A DNA stretch of 64,000 nucleotides from Candidatus Undinarchaeales archaeon (GTDB lineage: Archaea > SpSt-1190 > JASMDC01): positions 64,001 through 128,000 of the forward strand of contig JASMDC010000004.1 in NCBI GenBank assembly GCA_030753015.1, read 5' to 3'. The notes beneath the pieces were generated by a model. That model was not told where the DNA came from. It worked only from the letters and a program-made list of their open reading frames with translations, and searched no databases. The translations under genes and the position numbers were made by a program. Below are positions 18,345 to 28,231 of this stretch, piece after piece (positions within the stretch are counted from its first letter, which is position 1; each line of letters starts with the position of its first letter).

Positions 18345-21300
18345 TCACCACTCCGTCATTGCATCGAGCGTGGACATCAGCTGCTCGTCCGTGAATCCCT
18401 TCTGCTGCATCGCACCCGACAGACAGGCAGCGGCGCACGAGCCGCAGCCCTTGCACAGCGAAGCGTTCACCGATGCCACGGTCACCTCCTGGCCCGACCG
18501 CTGCTTCCTGGTGACCAGCTCCACGGCACTATAGGGACAGACCTCGACGCAGAACCCACATCCGCGGCACAGCGACTCATCCACCGAGGAGATGGTCGCA
18601 ATGGTCTCCATCTCCGTCTTCGATATGATGGTGCCGGCCCTGGACGCGACGGCATTCGCCTGGGCGATGGTCTCATCCAGGAGCTTGGGGAAGTGTGCGG
18701 ACCCACACAGGAAGACACCGTCGGTGGCGAAATCCACGGGCCGGAGCTTTGCATGCGCCTCGAGGTAGAATCCATCGGGCCCCACGGGGACCTTGAAGGC
18801 CTGGCTCAGACCCTCGGTCTCGTTGGGGACGATGGGGGTGCTCAGGACAACGAGGTCGGCCTTGATCCTGAGGGTTTTGCCGAGGAAGTGGTCATAGACA
18901 TCGACCGTTCCGTCCTCTGCGACCTCCGGCTCGCTGTTGGCCGAGTAGCGCACGAACAGGACGCCCTTCGTCCGGGCTTCCGTGTAGAGGGGCTCCCAGA
19001 GGCCATAGGTCTGGATGTCCCGGAAGAGCACGAAGACGTTCGTCTTGGGTGACCTCTCCTTCAGACTGATCGCGTTCTTTACGGCCTGGATGCAGCATAT
19101 CCTCGAGCAGTAGGTCCTCGGTGGCGTGTTCTCGCGGGAGCCGACGCACTGGATCATGACCACGTTCTTCGCATCGGTATCGTCCAATCGCGTCTCCAGC
19201 TCTGCCTGTGTGATGACCTTGTCCGAGGTGGAGTGGTGGAAGTATCCCTCCGGATCGAGGGGACTCCCGCCTGTGGCGAGGACGGCGGCACCGAATTGGA
19301 TCTCTTCGTCGTTCAGTCTGGCCTTGAAGTTCCCGACGCTGCCTGAAACGTCCTCGAGCACGGCATCGGTGACGACGCTGATGAGCTCGTTGGAGGTCAC
19401 CCTCTTGGTGAACTCCTCCGCGATCTCCTTCCCGCTCTGGCCCGTGTGCAGACGTGGAACGTCGAGTAGGACTCCGCCCAGATGGTCAGACCTCTCCGCC
19501 AGGGTCACGGGGAAGCCCATTTCGGCGATGGCCAGGGCCGCGGTCATCCCGGCGACGCCCCCGCCAACGACGAGTGCTGACTGCTCCACGGTGAACTTCT
19601 CGATATGAAGGGGTTCAAGAAGACGGACCCGTTCCACCGACATGCGGACCAGGTCCTTGGCCTTCTCCGTGGCCCGCTCCTTCTCCTCCCGGTGGACCCA
19701 CGAGCAGTGTTCACGAATGTTCGCAAGGTCGAAGAGATGCGGGTTCAGTCCGGCTTCCCGCTGGGTGCCCTGGAAGAGGGGCTCGTGTGTCCGGGGGGTG
19801 CAGGCGGCCACCACGATCCGGTTCAGGTCGTGCTCCTTGATGGCCTCCTTGATCTTCAACTGATGATCTGAAGAACACGCGTAGATGGTCTCGGCCGAGT
19901 GTACGACATTGTCCAGGGTCTTCGCGTACTCGGCGACCTCCCGAACGTTCACCACGCTGCTGATGTTGATACCGCAGTGACAGACGAACACGCCGATCCT
20001 GGGCTTTCCGGATACGTCCTTCTCAGGGGGCAGTTCCTTTGACGATACGAGCTCGCCCCGGGCCTCGGAGATGGCCGCGCCCGCCTTGGCAGCAGCCCCG
20101 CTCGCCTGGGCCACGGTCTCGGGTATGTCCTTCGGTCCCTGGGATACTCCTGCGACGAATATCCCCGGCCGGTTCGTCTCCAGGGGCCTGTCCAGCGAGG
20201 TCCGCAGGTAGCCGAAGTCATCAATCTCAAGGCCGAGCGTCTCCGCGAGCCTGGATATGTTGGGTGTCGGGTCGAGCCCGGTACCGAGCACCACCATGTC
20301 GAAGTCCATCGTCCGGATCTTTCCGGTGTCCAGGTCCTCGTACTTGAGCGAGAGGCCCTCTGTCCTGGGATCTATCCGGATCGCGCCGATCCGTGATCGT
20401 ACGTAAGTGATCCCGAACTCGTTCTTGCCCCTCTCGTAGAACTCGTTGAACGCCTTACCACAGGCACGGACGTCCATGTAGAACATGTAGGGCTCGATGT
20501 CCGGATCGTGCTCTTTTGCGATGATTGCCTCTTTCGTCGTCATCATGCAGCATACCGACGAGCAGAGGTCCCTGTTGATGTGGGGGTTCCTCGAACCCAC
20601 GCATTGGATGAACGCGATCCTTCGCGGCGTTGTTCCGTCCGACGGCTTCTTCACATGTCCGCCGGTAGGACCGGAGGCGCTGAGGTATCGCTCGAACTCC
20701 AGCGAGGTCAGGACGTCGGGATGATGGTAGCCGAGCTCCGTCTGGTTGGTAGGATCGAACGGAGTGAAGCCCGTGGCGACGATGACCGAGCCGACGTCGA
20801 TGTCGAACTTCCGGTCCTCCTGCTCGAAGTCGATCGCACCGGCCCCGCACGCCTTCTCACAGAGGCGACACACACCCTTCGCGTGATAGAGACATTTCTC
20901 CTTGTCCATCACGGCAACCAGAGGCACAGCCTGGGGGAAGGGGATGCGGACGTTCTTGGTAACGACCGTCCCGGCGTTGTACTCGTCGGAAATCTTTATG
21001 GGGCATTTCTCCTGGCATAGCCCACAGCCGGTACACTTCTCCTCGTCCACAAAACGTGTCTTCTTCTTGATGGTGAGGCTGAAAGCACCCGCCTCTCCAG
21101 TGATGCCCTCCACCGTGGACATGGTCAGGAGCTCTATGTTCGGATGCCGCGCAATCCCAACGAGCTTCGGGCCCAGGATGCACATAGAGCAGTCGAGTGT
21201 GGGGAAGGTCTTGTCCAGCTGCGCCATCCGTCCACCGATGCTCGGCCCCTTCTCGATGAGGTACACCTTGAACCCAGAATCAGCAAGGTCGAGGGACGCC

Positions 21301-21407
21301 TGCATCCCGGCGATCCCGCCGCCGATGACCGCGACGGCGCCAACCTTCTTGCTCGCCGGTGGTGCCCCCTGGGCCTTATCATCCTTGGTCTCGTCAGTGT
21401 TGTTCAT
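18345..21407 (-). CDS. hdrA: Heterodisulfide reductase subunit A (about 1000 aa, two FAD modules)
   Basis: GGGIAG...LDKTFPTLDCSMC, FIQCVGSR, GPKDIP, FVCHCG, second VVGGGVAG module, C-terminal ferredoxin. Confidence 0.95.
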   Translation of the reverse strand: MNNTDETKDDKAQGAPPASKKVGAVAVIGGGIAGMQASLDLADSGFKVYLIEKGPSIGGRMAQLDKTFPTLDCSMCILGPKLVGIARHPNIELLTMSTVEGITGEAGAFSLTIKKKTRFVDEEKCTGCGLCQEKCPIKISDEYNAGTVVTKNVRIPFPQAVPLVAVMDKEKCLYHAKGVCRLCEKACGAGAIDFEQEDRKFDIDVGSVIVATGFTPFDPTNQTELGYHHPDVLTSLEFERYLSASGPTGGHVKKPSDGTTPRRIAFIQCVGSRNPHINRDLCSSVCCMMTTKEAIIAKEHDPDIEPYMFYMDVRACGKAFNEFYERGKNEFGITYVRSRIGAIRIDPRTEGLSLKYEDLDTGKIRTMDFDMVVLGTGLDPTPNISRLAETLGLEIDDFGYLRTSLDRPLETNRPGIFVAGVSQGPKDIPETVAQASGAAAKAGAAISEARGELVSSKELPPEKDVSGKPRIGVFVCHCGINISSVVNVREVAEYAKTLDNVVHSAETIYACSSDHQLKIKEAIKEHDLNRIVVAACTPRTHEPLFQGTQREAGLNPHLFDLANIREHCSWVHREEKERATEKAKDLVRMSVERVRLLEPLHIEKFTVEQSALVVGGGVAGMTAALAIAEMGFPVTLAERSDHLGGVLLDVPRLHTGQSGKEIAEEFTKRVTSNELISVVTDAVLEDVSGSVGNFKARLNDEEIQFGAAVLATGGSPLDPEGYFHHSTSDKVITQAELETRLDDTDAKNVVMIQCVGSRENTPPRTYCSRICCIQAVKNAISLKERSPKTNVFVLFRDIQTYGLWEPLYTEARTKGVLFVRYSANSEPEVAEDGTVDVYDHFLGKTLRIKADLVVLSTPIVPNETEGLSQAFKVPVGPDGFYLEAHAKLRPVDFATDGVFLCGSAHFPKLLDETIAQANAVASRAGTIISKTEMETIATISSVDESLCRGCGFCVEVCPYSAVELVTRKQRSGQEVTVASVNASLCKGCGSCAAACLSGAMQQKGFTDEQLMSTLDAMTEW

Positions 21408-21408
21408 C

Positions 21409-22266
21409 TCACTCCACCTCCAAGACCTTCAGCGGGGATACCATGTTCCGGCTCAGGCCCAGTTCCGAGGGATCTATCCCGAGGGCATAACCGAGGAGCT
21501 GTGTGAAGTAGAGGATCGGGATCTGGAACTTCTTCTTGAGCACCCGCTCCACCTTGAACTGGATCCCGTCCAGGGCCATGTGACACATGGGGCAGGGAAC
21601 GACGATGAAGTCTGCTCCCGCGTCCTGCGCCTCGGTGAGGATCTCCCCCGCCAGGGCGTAGGCATGATCCTCGTTCGTTACCATGAGCGGACCGCCGCAG
21701 CATTTGGACTTCCTCTCGAAGGGCAGGGGCTCCGCTCCCGCGAGCTTGATGATGGTATCGAGCGACGTGGGATTCTCCGGGTCCTCGTAGGCGACCTCCG
21801 CGGGCCGCACGATCAGGCACCCGTAGTAGCCGACGCCCTTCTTCCCCTTCAGGCGTCGCTTCACCTTCTTCTCGATTTCCTCGGATCCGAGGTCGTTGAC
21901 GAGCACATCGAGAAAACGCCTCGACTCGACCGTGCCCTCGAATTTCACGTCCATGATGTCGTTGATCTTGGTACGGAGCGCCTCGTCCTCGAGGAGCTCG
22001 CGATGCGCCCTCTTGACCCGGTTGAAGCATGCGCTGCACACCATGACGAGGTCCATTCCCTCCTTCTCTGCAACGGCCAGGTTCCTCGCCGGCAGTGCCA
22101 CCGAGGCGACGTGGTCGAGGGCCCCTACCTCCAACGCACCACAACAGTTCCAGTCCTCGATCTCTACAAGCTCGATGCCGAGCGCCTTGGCCACGGCCTT
22201 GGTCGACATGTTGTATTCCTTTGCAGAGGAGTCCAGGGAGCACCCGGGGAAATAGGCGTACTTCAT
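21409..22266 (-). CDS. hdrB: Heterodisulfide reductase subunit B
   Basis: YFPGC, WNCCG, YYGCLIVRP, KCCGG, PCPMCH (CCG domains). Confidence 0.95.
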   Translation of the reverse strand: MKYAYFPGCSLDSSAKEYNMSTKAVAKALGIELVEIEDWNCCGALEVGALDHVASVALPARNLAVAEKEGMDLVMVCSACFNRVKRAHRELLEDEALRTKINDIMDVKFEGTVESRRFLDVLVNDLGSEEIEKKVKRRLKGKKGVGYYGCLIVRPAEVAYEDPENPTSLDTIIKLAGAEPLPFERKSKCCGGPLMVTNEDHAYALAGEILTEAQDAGADFIVVPCPMCHMALDGIQFKVERVLKKKFQIPILYFTQLLGYALGIDPSELGLSRNMVSPLKVLEVE

Positions 22267-22856
22267 TCCTTCCCCCCCCCCTTTGTACCAAAGAGCCTTC
22301 TGACCTTCGAGGAGCCCTCTATCCAGTGGGGCAGCAGCGGGATCTTACCCTTGAGGAACATCCTGAGCCCGAGCTCCGTGTAGCCGAGCGCGCCGATGGG
22401 CCCCTTTCCGAAGAGGAGGTATCGGGTCATCATCTCGGGCTCGAAGATGCGTCCATAGCGGCGGACGGTCCCGGCGAACGCCCGATCGAAGATGGGCTTG
22501 GAGCTACCGAGCTTGATGCGGCCCGCATCCGATTCCTTGAGCGCGATCCTTCGCAGGGATTCGACGACGTCGGTGAACCGCACGTTCTGTGGACATCGCT
22601 CGTAGCACATCAGACATCCGGCACAGTTCCAGATGTCCTCGGAGGAGAGCACGTCCTCCCGCATCCCCAGCAGGACCTTCCGGATGATTCGGCGGGGATT
22701 GAATCCATCATCGAGCTCGGTGATGGGGCATGAGAGCGTGCACGAGCTGCACTGGAAGCAGGCCTTGATGTTCTCGCCCCCGGGCTCTCGGGCCACCTCG
22801 TGCTTGAATTCCGAATCAAGGAGAGCGATCTCGACTTTATTTTCATCCGCTGCCAT
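22263..22856 (-). CDS. hdrC: Heterodisulfide reductase subunit C
   Basis: CFQCSSCTLSCP and IWNCAGCLMCYERCP; start could extend to 22904. Confidence 0.93.
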   Translation of the reverse strand: MAADENKVEIALLDSEFKHEVAREPGGENIKACFQCSSCTLSCPITELDDGFNPRRIIRKVLLGMREDVLSSEDIWNCAGCLMCYERCPQNVRFTDVVESLRRIALKESDAGRIKLGSSKPIFDRAFAGTVRRYGRIFEPEMMTRYLLFGKGPIGALGYTELGLRMFLKGKIPLLPHWIEGSSKVRRLFGTKGGGKE

Positions 22857-23163
22857 GCGCGATTCCTCCAGAGCAGAGAGGGTCTTAAACCTTCCTTTTT
22901 CCATTTGGTCGGGGACGTACCTTCACGATATCCGATCCCTCCGGGACGTGCGTCGCGGCCGGGGATGATCCGTGTGGATATTCCCTATTTCCGATGGAGC
23001 TATTAACGATTGTTATCGCCATTGGGAGGGCATTTTTAAGGGTTGCTAAGATGCCCTCGCGTTTTTAATTAGAACCGGCATATCGGTTAACATTCCATGA
23101 GGCGATCCGGCGCATCCCGCCACCACAACCCCAGATCCCGGTGGGTATGTCCGTCCCACCATC

Positions 23164-23340
23164 CTAATCTGTGCGAGGTTTGCCCTCTTCCGGATCGTCA
23201 TCACTGGAAACACCCTTCTTGAATTCGGACCGTGCCCTGCCAAGTGACCTGGCGAGCTCAGGTATCCTCTTCGCTCCGAAGAGGAGGACCGCTACCAGTA
23301 ATATGACCAGCCATTCCGAGAGACCGACAGAGAATACCAT
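23164..23340 (-). CDS. tatA: Twin-arginine translocase subunit TatA
   Basis: Below the ORF-track size cutoff. Manual translation: MVFSVGLSEWLVILLVAVLLFGAKRIPELARSLGRARSEFKKG...*. Confidence 0.93.
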   Translation of the reverse strand: MVFSVGLSEWLVILLVAVLLFGAKRIPELARSLGRARSEFKKGVSSDDDPEEGKPRTD

Positions 23341-23353
23341 GGTTTTTCACATC

Positions 23354-24685
23354 CTAAGGTAAGTTATCAAGAGAGTCCATGAGGAGAACGTCCACTTCCG
23401 ATCCCGCCTCGAGAGGCTCCCTTCCGGGAGGGATTACCGCAAGGCCGTGGGATCCCATCATCGAGAGCAGGCGCGACGAGCCATGGCGTCCCGCCGCCAT
23501 CCTTGCGATGTATTTTCCTTCGGACAAGCTGAGGGAGACAGCTATGATGCGGGTCTTCTTGGCCTCCCTCTTGAGGCCTGTCTCAAGGACCGCCTTTACA
23601 CTTGGCCGCTGGTACTGTTTCCTTCCACTCAGGCGTAGCACCATGGGGCGGCCGAACAGCTCGAAGGCGATCATGGCAGCGAGCGGATTGCCGGGGAGAC
23701 CCAGGACGGGGCTCGCGCCGATCCTACCGAATGCCACAGGCTTCCCGGGCTTCATGGATACCTTCCAGAAGATGAGCTCACCTATCTCGTCCAGAGTGCG
23801 GGTGACCAGATCGAACTTCCCCATGGAGACGCCGCCGGACGTGACGATCGCGTCCGCCTTCAGCCCTTCCTCAAGTCGGGACGTCAACTCATCCTGGTTA
23901 TCTCGGGCCGTAGGAAGGAGGATGGGAATCCCGCCCGCACGTGATACCTGGGACGCGATGAAGTACCGGTTCGCATCCCATATCTTGCCTGGGGAGAGCC
24001 TGAGACCCTCATCGAGGTCCTCGATCTCCCCTCCAGTTGAGATGATCGCGATCCGGGGTCTCCGGTGGACCGGGATGCGGCCAATCCCGATTGATGCCAG
24101 TATACCCACCTCCGGTGGGCGGACGACCGAGCCTTTAGTCACGGCGACCTCACCCGCGTGGAGGTTCTCCCCGCAGAGGGCGACGTGCTTCCCCTCCTTG
24201 GACTCATAGAGGATCTCAACTTGGTCCTCGCGGGGCCTAGTCCTCTCCACCATCACAACCGCATCGGCTCCAGCAGGGAGGAGTGCTCCGGTCATAATCC
24301 GTATCGCGTCCCCGGCCCCCACTTTAAGTGTGGACGCCGAGCCGGCCTCTAGCTCCCCCACCACTCTGAGGGTGGCAGGTGAATCCTCGCTCGCACCTCG
24401 CGTGTCCGACGCACGCACGGCGTAGCCGTCCATGGCTGCCCGGTCGAAAGGGGGTACGTTCATGGGGGAGACTATGTCCTCGGCAAGGACCCTGCTGAGA
24501 GCATCGAGGATCGGGACGTTCTCGATTCCCTCTACCACGTTGGTACAGGAGAATATGTGGGAGAGCGCCTCATCTATGGGAATGAGGCTCGGAGGGGCTG
24601 TCGATAGGAGAGGCATTCCCTCATCCCAAGGTGATGGGACGGCAACGACATTCTTCCTGGCACGTTCTCGTTCCATCCCTATCAC
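23354..24685 (-). CDS. moeA: Molybdopterin molybdotransferase
   Basis: PPFDRAAMDGYA, IMTGA, STGGE, TSGGVSMG, MKPGKP, GLPGNP. Confidence 0.95.
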   Translation of the reverse strand: MIGMERERARKNVVAVPSPWDEGMPLLSTAPPSLIPIDEALSHIFSCTNVVEGIENVPILDALSRVLAEDIVSPMNVPPFDRAAMDGYAVRASDTRGASEDSPATLRVVGELEAGSASTLKVGAGDAIRIMTGALLPAGADAVVMVERTRPREDQVEILYESKEGKHVALCGENLHAGEVAVTKGSVVRPPEVGILASIGIGRIPVHRRPRIAIISTGGEIEDLDEGLRLSPGKIWDANRYFIASQVSRAGGIPILLPTARDNQDELTSRLEEGLKADAIVTSGGVSMGKFDLVTRTLDEIGELIFWKVSMKPGKPVAFGRIGASPVLGLPGNPLAAMIAFELFGRPMVLRLSGRKQYQRPSVKAVLETGLKREAKKTRIIAVSLSLSEGKYIARMAAGRHGSSRLLSMMGSHGLAVIPPGREPLEAGSEVDVLLMDSLDNLP

Positions 24686-24701
24686 TCCTGGAACATATCA
24701 C

Positions 24702-25340
24702 TTACACATCTTCGGTCCCGAGCCGGTCCCGTTCGCTAAGGATGAAGCTCTCCATGGCTCCCGCCACCTCCAGGTAGAGGGGATTGGTAGTGGAGCTGCG
24801 GATCTTGTCGCAGAGCTGTGTGATCCACTTGGCAAGATGCTTGTCGATGAACTTCCTTTGAATATCCCGCGTTCGGCGGACTGCGTCGTCATCCCTCTTC
24901 CCTAGCTCTTCAGCCTCTCTACGGCAAAGCAGTTCCATGAATCCCAGCTCCACCCCTATGTGATCGTGTGGCTCGGGAAAGCTGGTGGGGAGTGCCACTC
25001 CTGTTTCCATGTACATGCTCTCAACAGCATGTGTGGACTTCCCCAAGACCTGGCCCCCGGTCTCCCCCTCTGTATCGAGATAGACCGATTCGAATGGTTT
25101 CACGTACAGGGTACCCGGGACTATGAAGAGGGTGTTGAACTCGATTACGGTGTCCTCCAACACGGGACGAGGAACGTCTTTCTCGCCTTTTACGCGTGGG
25201 GCCAGTTCGCGGAGTACTCTCTTCTCAAGGATGGCGCTCAGCAAGTTGTCCGTCGGTTCCAGGAGGACCGACCGGGAGAGCAACGCGTAGATGCTCTCCC
25301 GGGCACTCGCCTCGTCCTGTTTGGTCCTGGGGCGAGACAC
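24702..25340 (-). CDS. TorD/DmsD-family molybdoenzyme chaperone
   Basis: PFESVY, EPHDHIGVELGFM, HLAKWI. Confidence 0.9.
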   Translation of the reverse strand: MSRPRTKQDEASARESIYALLSRSVLLEPTDNLLSAILEKRVLRELAPRVKGEKDVPRPVLEDTVIEFNTLFIVPGTLYVKPFESVYLDTEGETGGQVLGKSTHAVESMYMETGVALPTSFPEPHDHIGVELGFMELLCRREAEELGKRDDDAVRRTRDIQRKFIDKHLAKWITQLCDKIRSSTTNPLYLEVAGAMESFILSERDRLGTEDV

Positions 25341-25347
25341 GAATGTC

Positions 25348-28215
25348 TCACCCGATGCGCTTGATCTCGACTGCAGTGTCGTAGAAGGACGAACTCCCGC
25401 CGATGGGATCCTGGAGTCCGATGTCCTTGAGCACTGGATCAAGGCGCATGATCGGATTCCCCGACACACCAGCGCCCCTCCATGTCTGGGCCTCGGTCTT
25501 CGTCCCGTCGACATCGGTCGCCTTGGCGCCGTACTCCCAGTGGCCGTAGGAGTGGCAGATGTTCACCACACCGGGCCGGACGCCCTCTATGACTAGTGCC
25601 TTGCCCTCGACACCCTTGCTGGAGCTTGCGGACGTTATACGAATGCGGTCGCCTGTCTTGATACTCCTTGCCGCGGCGTCCTTCGAGTTGATCTCAATGG
25701 AGTTCTCGGGCTCGAGCTCCATGAGCCACTCGTTCTGGGCGGTCCGCGACTGGGTGTGGTACGACTTCTTGTAGGTGTTCAGGACGAGGGGGAAGCCCGA
25801 GTTGTCGATGGGTTTCCACATGCAATCCTTGATGGCCTCATACATAGGCAGACCGTCGTAGGTCTTGCCGGTCATGGAGTCGATGGTTGTCGCGAGCTTC
25901 TCCGAGTAGAAGAGGCAGACGCCCTTCCAGGTATGCGCGTGCACGTCGTCCTTGTAGCGCTTGGAGTGGTCCTCGAACCGCCCGCCACGGGCGAGGATGT
26001 AGTCGACCTTCTCCTGCTCCGTTGAGCCGGGGACACCGTCACCCTCGCCGGCGATGTTGGCGATACACTTCATGTACCAGTCCACCGCCGAGTTGAGCGG
26101 CATCCCGGGGCCGAATCCGTCGTCGCCGTAGCCGGGAAGCCCCATCTTCTTGGCGATATCGATGATGACGTCCTCCTCCAGGCGCGTCTCCGGGTACACG
26201 GGATCGACGAGCGGGGTACGGACCTGGCTTACCGTGGTGAGGATGGCAGGCGCCGTGTGCGTCGTTGAGTAGCGCTCCAGGTAGTGGCGGTCGGGAAGTA
26301 TGTAGTCACAGAGCGCGTCCGTCTCCCCCATGATGGTTGTGAAGGCTATGTGAAGCGGCAGCTTCTTGGAGTCCTTCAGCATCTCGATGTAGACCGATCC
26401 CGCCGGTGTCGAGTAGACCGTGTTCCCCATGTGGTTGATGAGGCACTTCACGGGATAAGGGTAGTTGTCCTTGATGCTCGGTACGATCTCCTGCCAGTTC
26501 CCGTGGAGGGCCAGGGGGAACCACGGCCGCTTTGCCGGGTAACCGTTGGTCTTGAACTCCGTGGAGCTCTCGTAGTTCTTCTTCACCCGCGTCAGTGGGA
26601 TGCCGGAGGCCTTGACCTTCCCGGGATGGAGCTCCTTTGCGAGGTTGTAGTCGTTGCCCTTCTTCCCGCCGGTCTCGTGCCAGTGGCCTCCGCCCTGGGC
26701 CATGCCGCCCTTGAAGCCCACGTTGCCGATGAGCCAGTTGAGCTCGGCGATGGCCATGGCGTTGTAGGTGCCGTTTGTGTGCTGCACCGTGCCGCGGTAG
26801 AAGTCCGCGCACGCCTTCCTCCCGTGGGATGTGAACTCGTCCGCGGCAGTGGTGATGATGTTGGCGTCCAGCCCGCAGATGTCAGCGTACTCCTGGATCG
26901 ATTTCTCCATCACCCGCTCCTTCAGGAGCTGGAACACGGTCTTTGTCTGGATGCCGTTGACATCGACTGCGTTGCCGTCGGGAGTGAAGAGGTCACCCGC
27001 GTCGGCCTTGTCGGCGATGGCGGGTGCCCCACCTGAGAGAACCACCAGTTGCTCGTCCGTGCCCTCGGGAAGGCCTGCGGCGTCGGCACGCAAGTACTTC
27101 ATGGTGTCCAGTCGCACGAGCCAGGTGGCGTCCGACCAGTTGGGGATGCCGTCGGCAGAGGCTGCGTCCTTGCTCGGGTTCTCGAGGTACTTCGTGTCGA
27201 AACGCCAGTTCTCGAAGATCCAGCGCATCATGCCCAGGGCGAACGCGGCGTCAGTGCCCATCTTGATGGGAATCCACTGGTTCGCCTTCGCTGCGGACTT
27301 GGAGTACCGCGGGTCGACGATGACCAGCTTACCGCCCCGCACTCTCATCTGGACGAGCTTGCGCGCCAGCGCCTGCATGGGGAAGTTCGCCTCGATAGGG
27401 GAAGAGCCGAACCAGATGATGTACTCGGAGTTCTCGATATCGGGCTTGAGATGGTTCTTGGGCTTGCCGCCGAGGCCTCCCTTGTGGAGGAGGAGCTCGT
27501 AGCCCACGTGGTGACTGGTCTCGCAGATGCTCGTGTGGTCGATCCGCTTGTTGGTCGTCCCAAAGGAGCTTCCGAAGAAGCGGTCCGTGAACTCCTTGCG
27601 CCCGTGCTCGGAGCGTCCCACGCTGTAGACGAGCTGGTTGGCCTTGGGACCCAGCTCGGGGGCGTTGGCGTCGATGGGGGTGTCAAGGTCGCGGATTGCC
27701 GCAAGCCCGTCCACTTGACCCTCGCCGAACAGGTCCCCGCCGTTTATGATCTCGTCGATCGCCTGGTCCCAGGAGATCCGCTTCCACTTGCCCGAGCCCC
27801 GGGGGCCCGCGCGCTTCAGCGGGTACTTCACCCGAAGGGGATCGTAGAGCTCCTTGAAGCCTGCCTGTCCCTTCACGCAGGCGGTCCCCGCGATCTTCAT
27901 GGCTTCGGACGGGTCCGTGGCGTAGGGGAGATGGGGCTCCTTCGTGCGCGGGTCGTAGGGGTTGCCGTCGATCTTGATGATCCGGCCGTCCTTGATCCGT
28001 GCACGAATAGCGCACCCGCTGTGGCACATGAGGCAGGTGCTGTACTTGACCTGCACTCCGGCGTCCATTTCAGTGTTCCCTTCCGGCCCTACCTTGTAGG
28101 CCGTTGCGGGGACGAAAAGCTTATCCCGTCCCTCGAGGGCTAGCACGGCCGCTGCCGCAGCCCCCACCTTGATCATACCGAACATGTTGCGCCGGGATAT
28201 CTTCTTGCTATTCAT
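25348..28215 (-). CDS. Tat-exported DMSO-reductase-family catalytic subunit, TtrA/SrdA-like
   Basis: SRRNMF Tat motif; CLMCHSGC...C [4Fe-4S]; GNPYDP insert; HTSICE; SYGHWEYG. Substrate not determinable. Confidence 0.85.
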   Translation of the reverse strand: MNSKKISRRNMFGMIKVGAAAAAVLALEGRDKLFVPATAYKVGPEGNTEMDAGVQVKYSTCLMCHSGCAIRARIKDGRIIKIDGNPYDPRTKEPHLPYATDPSEAMKIAGTACVKGQAGFKELYDPLRVKYPLKRAGPRGSGKWKRISWDQAIDEIINGGDLFGEGQVDGLAAIRDLDTPIDANAPELGPKANQLVYSVGRSEHGRKEFTDRFFGSSFGTTNKRIDHTSICETSHHVGYELLLHKGGLGGKPKNHLKPDIENSEYIIWFGSSPIEANFPMQALARKLVQMRVRGGKLVIVDPRYSKSAAKANQWIPIKMGTDAAFALGMMRWIFENWRFDTKYLENPSKDAASADGIPNWSDATWLVRLDTMKYLRADAAGLPEGTDEQLVVLSGGAPAIADKADAGDLFTPDGNAVDVNGIQTKTVFQLLKERVMEKSIQEYADICGLDANIITTAADEFTSHGRKACADFYRGTVQHTNGTYNAMAIAELNWLIGNVGFKGGMAQGGGHWHETGGKKGNDYNLAKELHPGKVKASGIPLTRVKKNYESSTEFKTNGYPAKRPWFPLALHGNWQEIVPSIKDNYPYPVKCLINHMGNTVYSTPAGSVYIEMLKDSKKLPLHIAFTTIMGETDALCDYILPDRHYLERYSTTHTAPAILTTVSQVRTPLVDPVYPETRLEEDVIIDIAKKMGLPGYGDDGFGPGMPLNSAVDWYMKCIANIAGEGDGVPGSTEQEKVDYILARGGRFEDHSKRYKDDVHAHTWKGVCLFYSEKLATTIDSMTGKTYDGLPMYEAIKDCMWKPIDNSGFPLVLNTYKKSYHTQSRTAQNEWLMELEPENSIEINSKDAAARSIKTGDRIRITSASSSKGVEGKALVIEGVRPGVVNICHSYGHWEYGAKATDVDGTKTEAQTWRGAGVSGNPIMRLDPVLKDIGLQDPIGGSSSFYDTAVEIKRIG

Positions 28216-28231
28216 GATAATCACCTTCCTC

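Noticed and set aside
17914-21407. Selenocysteine in HdrA or MvhD
   Set aside because: Both frames are uninterrupted and have Cys at the relevant motifs.
23026-23058. Inverted repeat GAGGGCAT...ATGCCCTC between tatA and hdrC
   Set aside because: Could be a terminator or operator, but an 8-bp stem alone is insufficient to assign.
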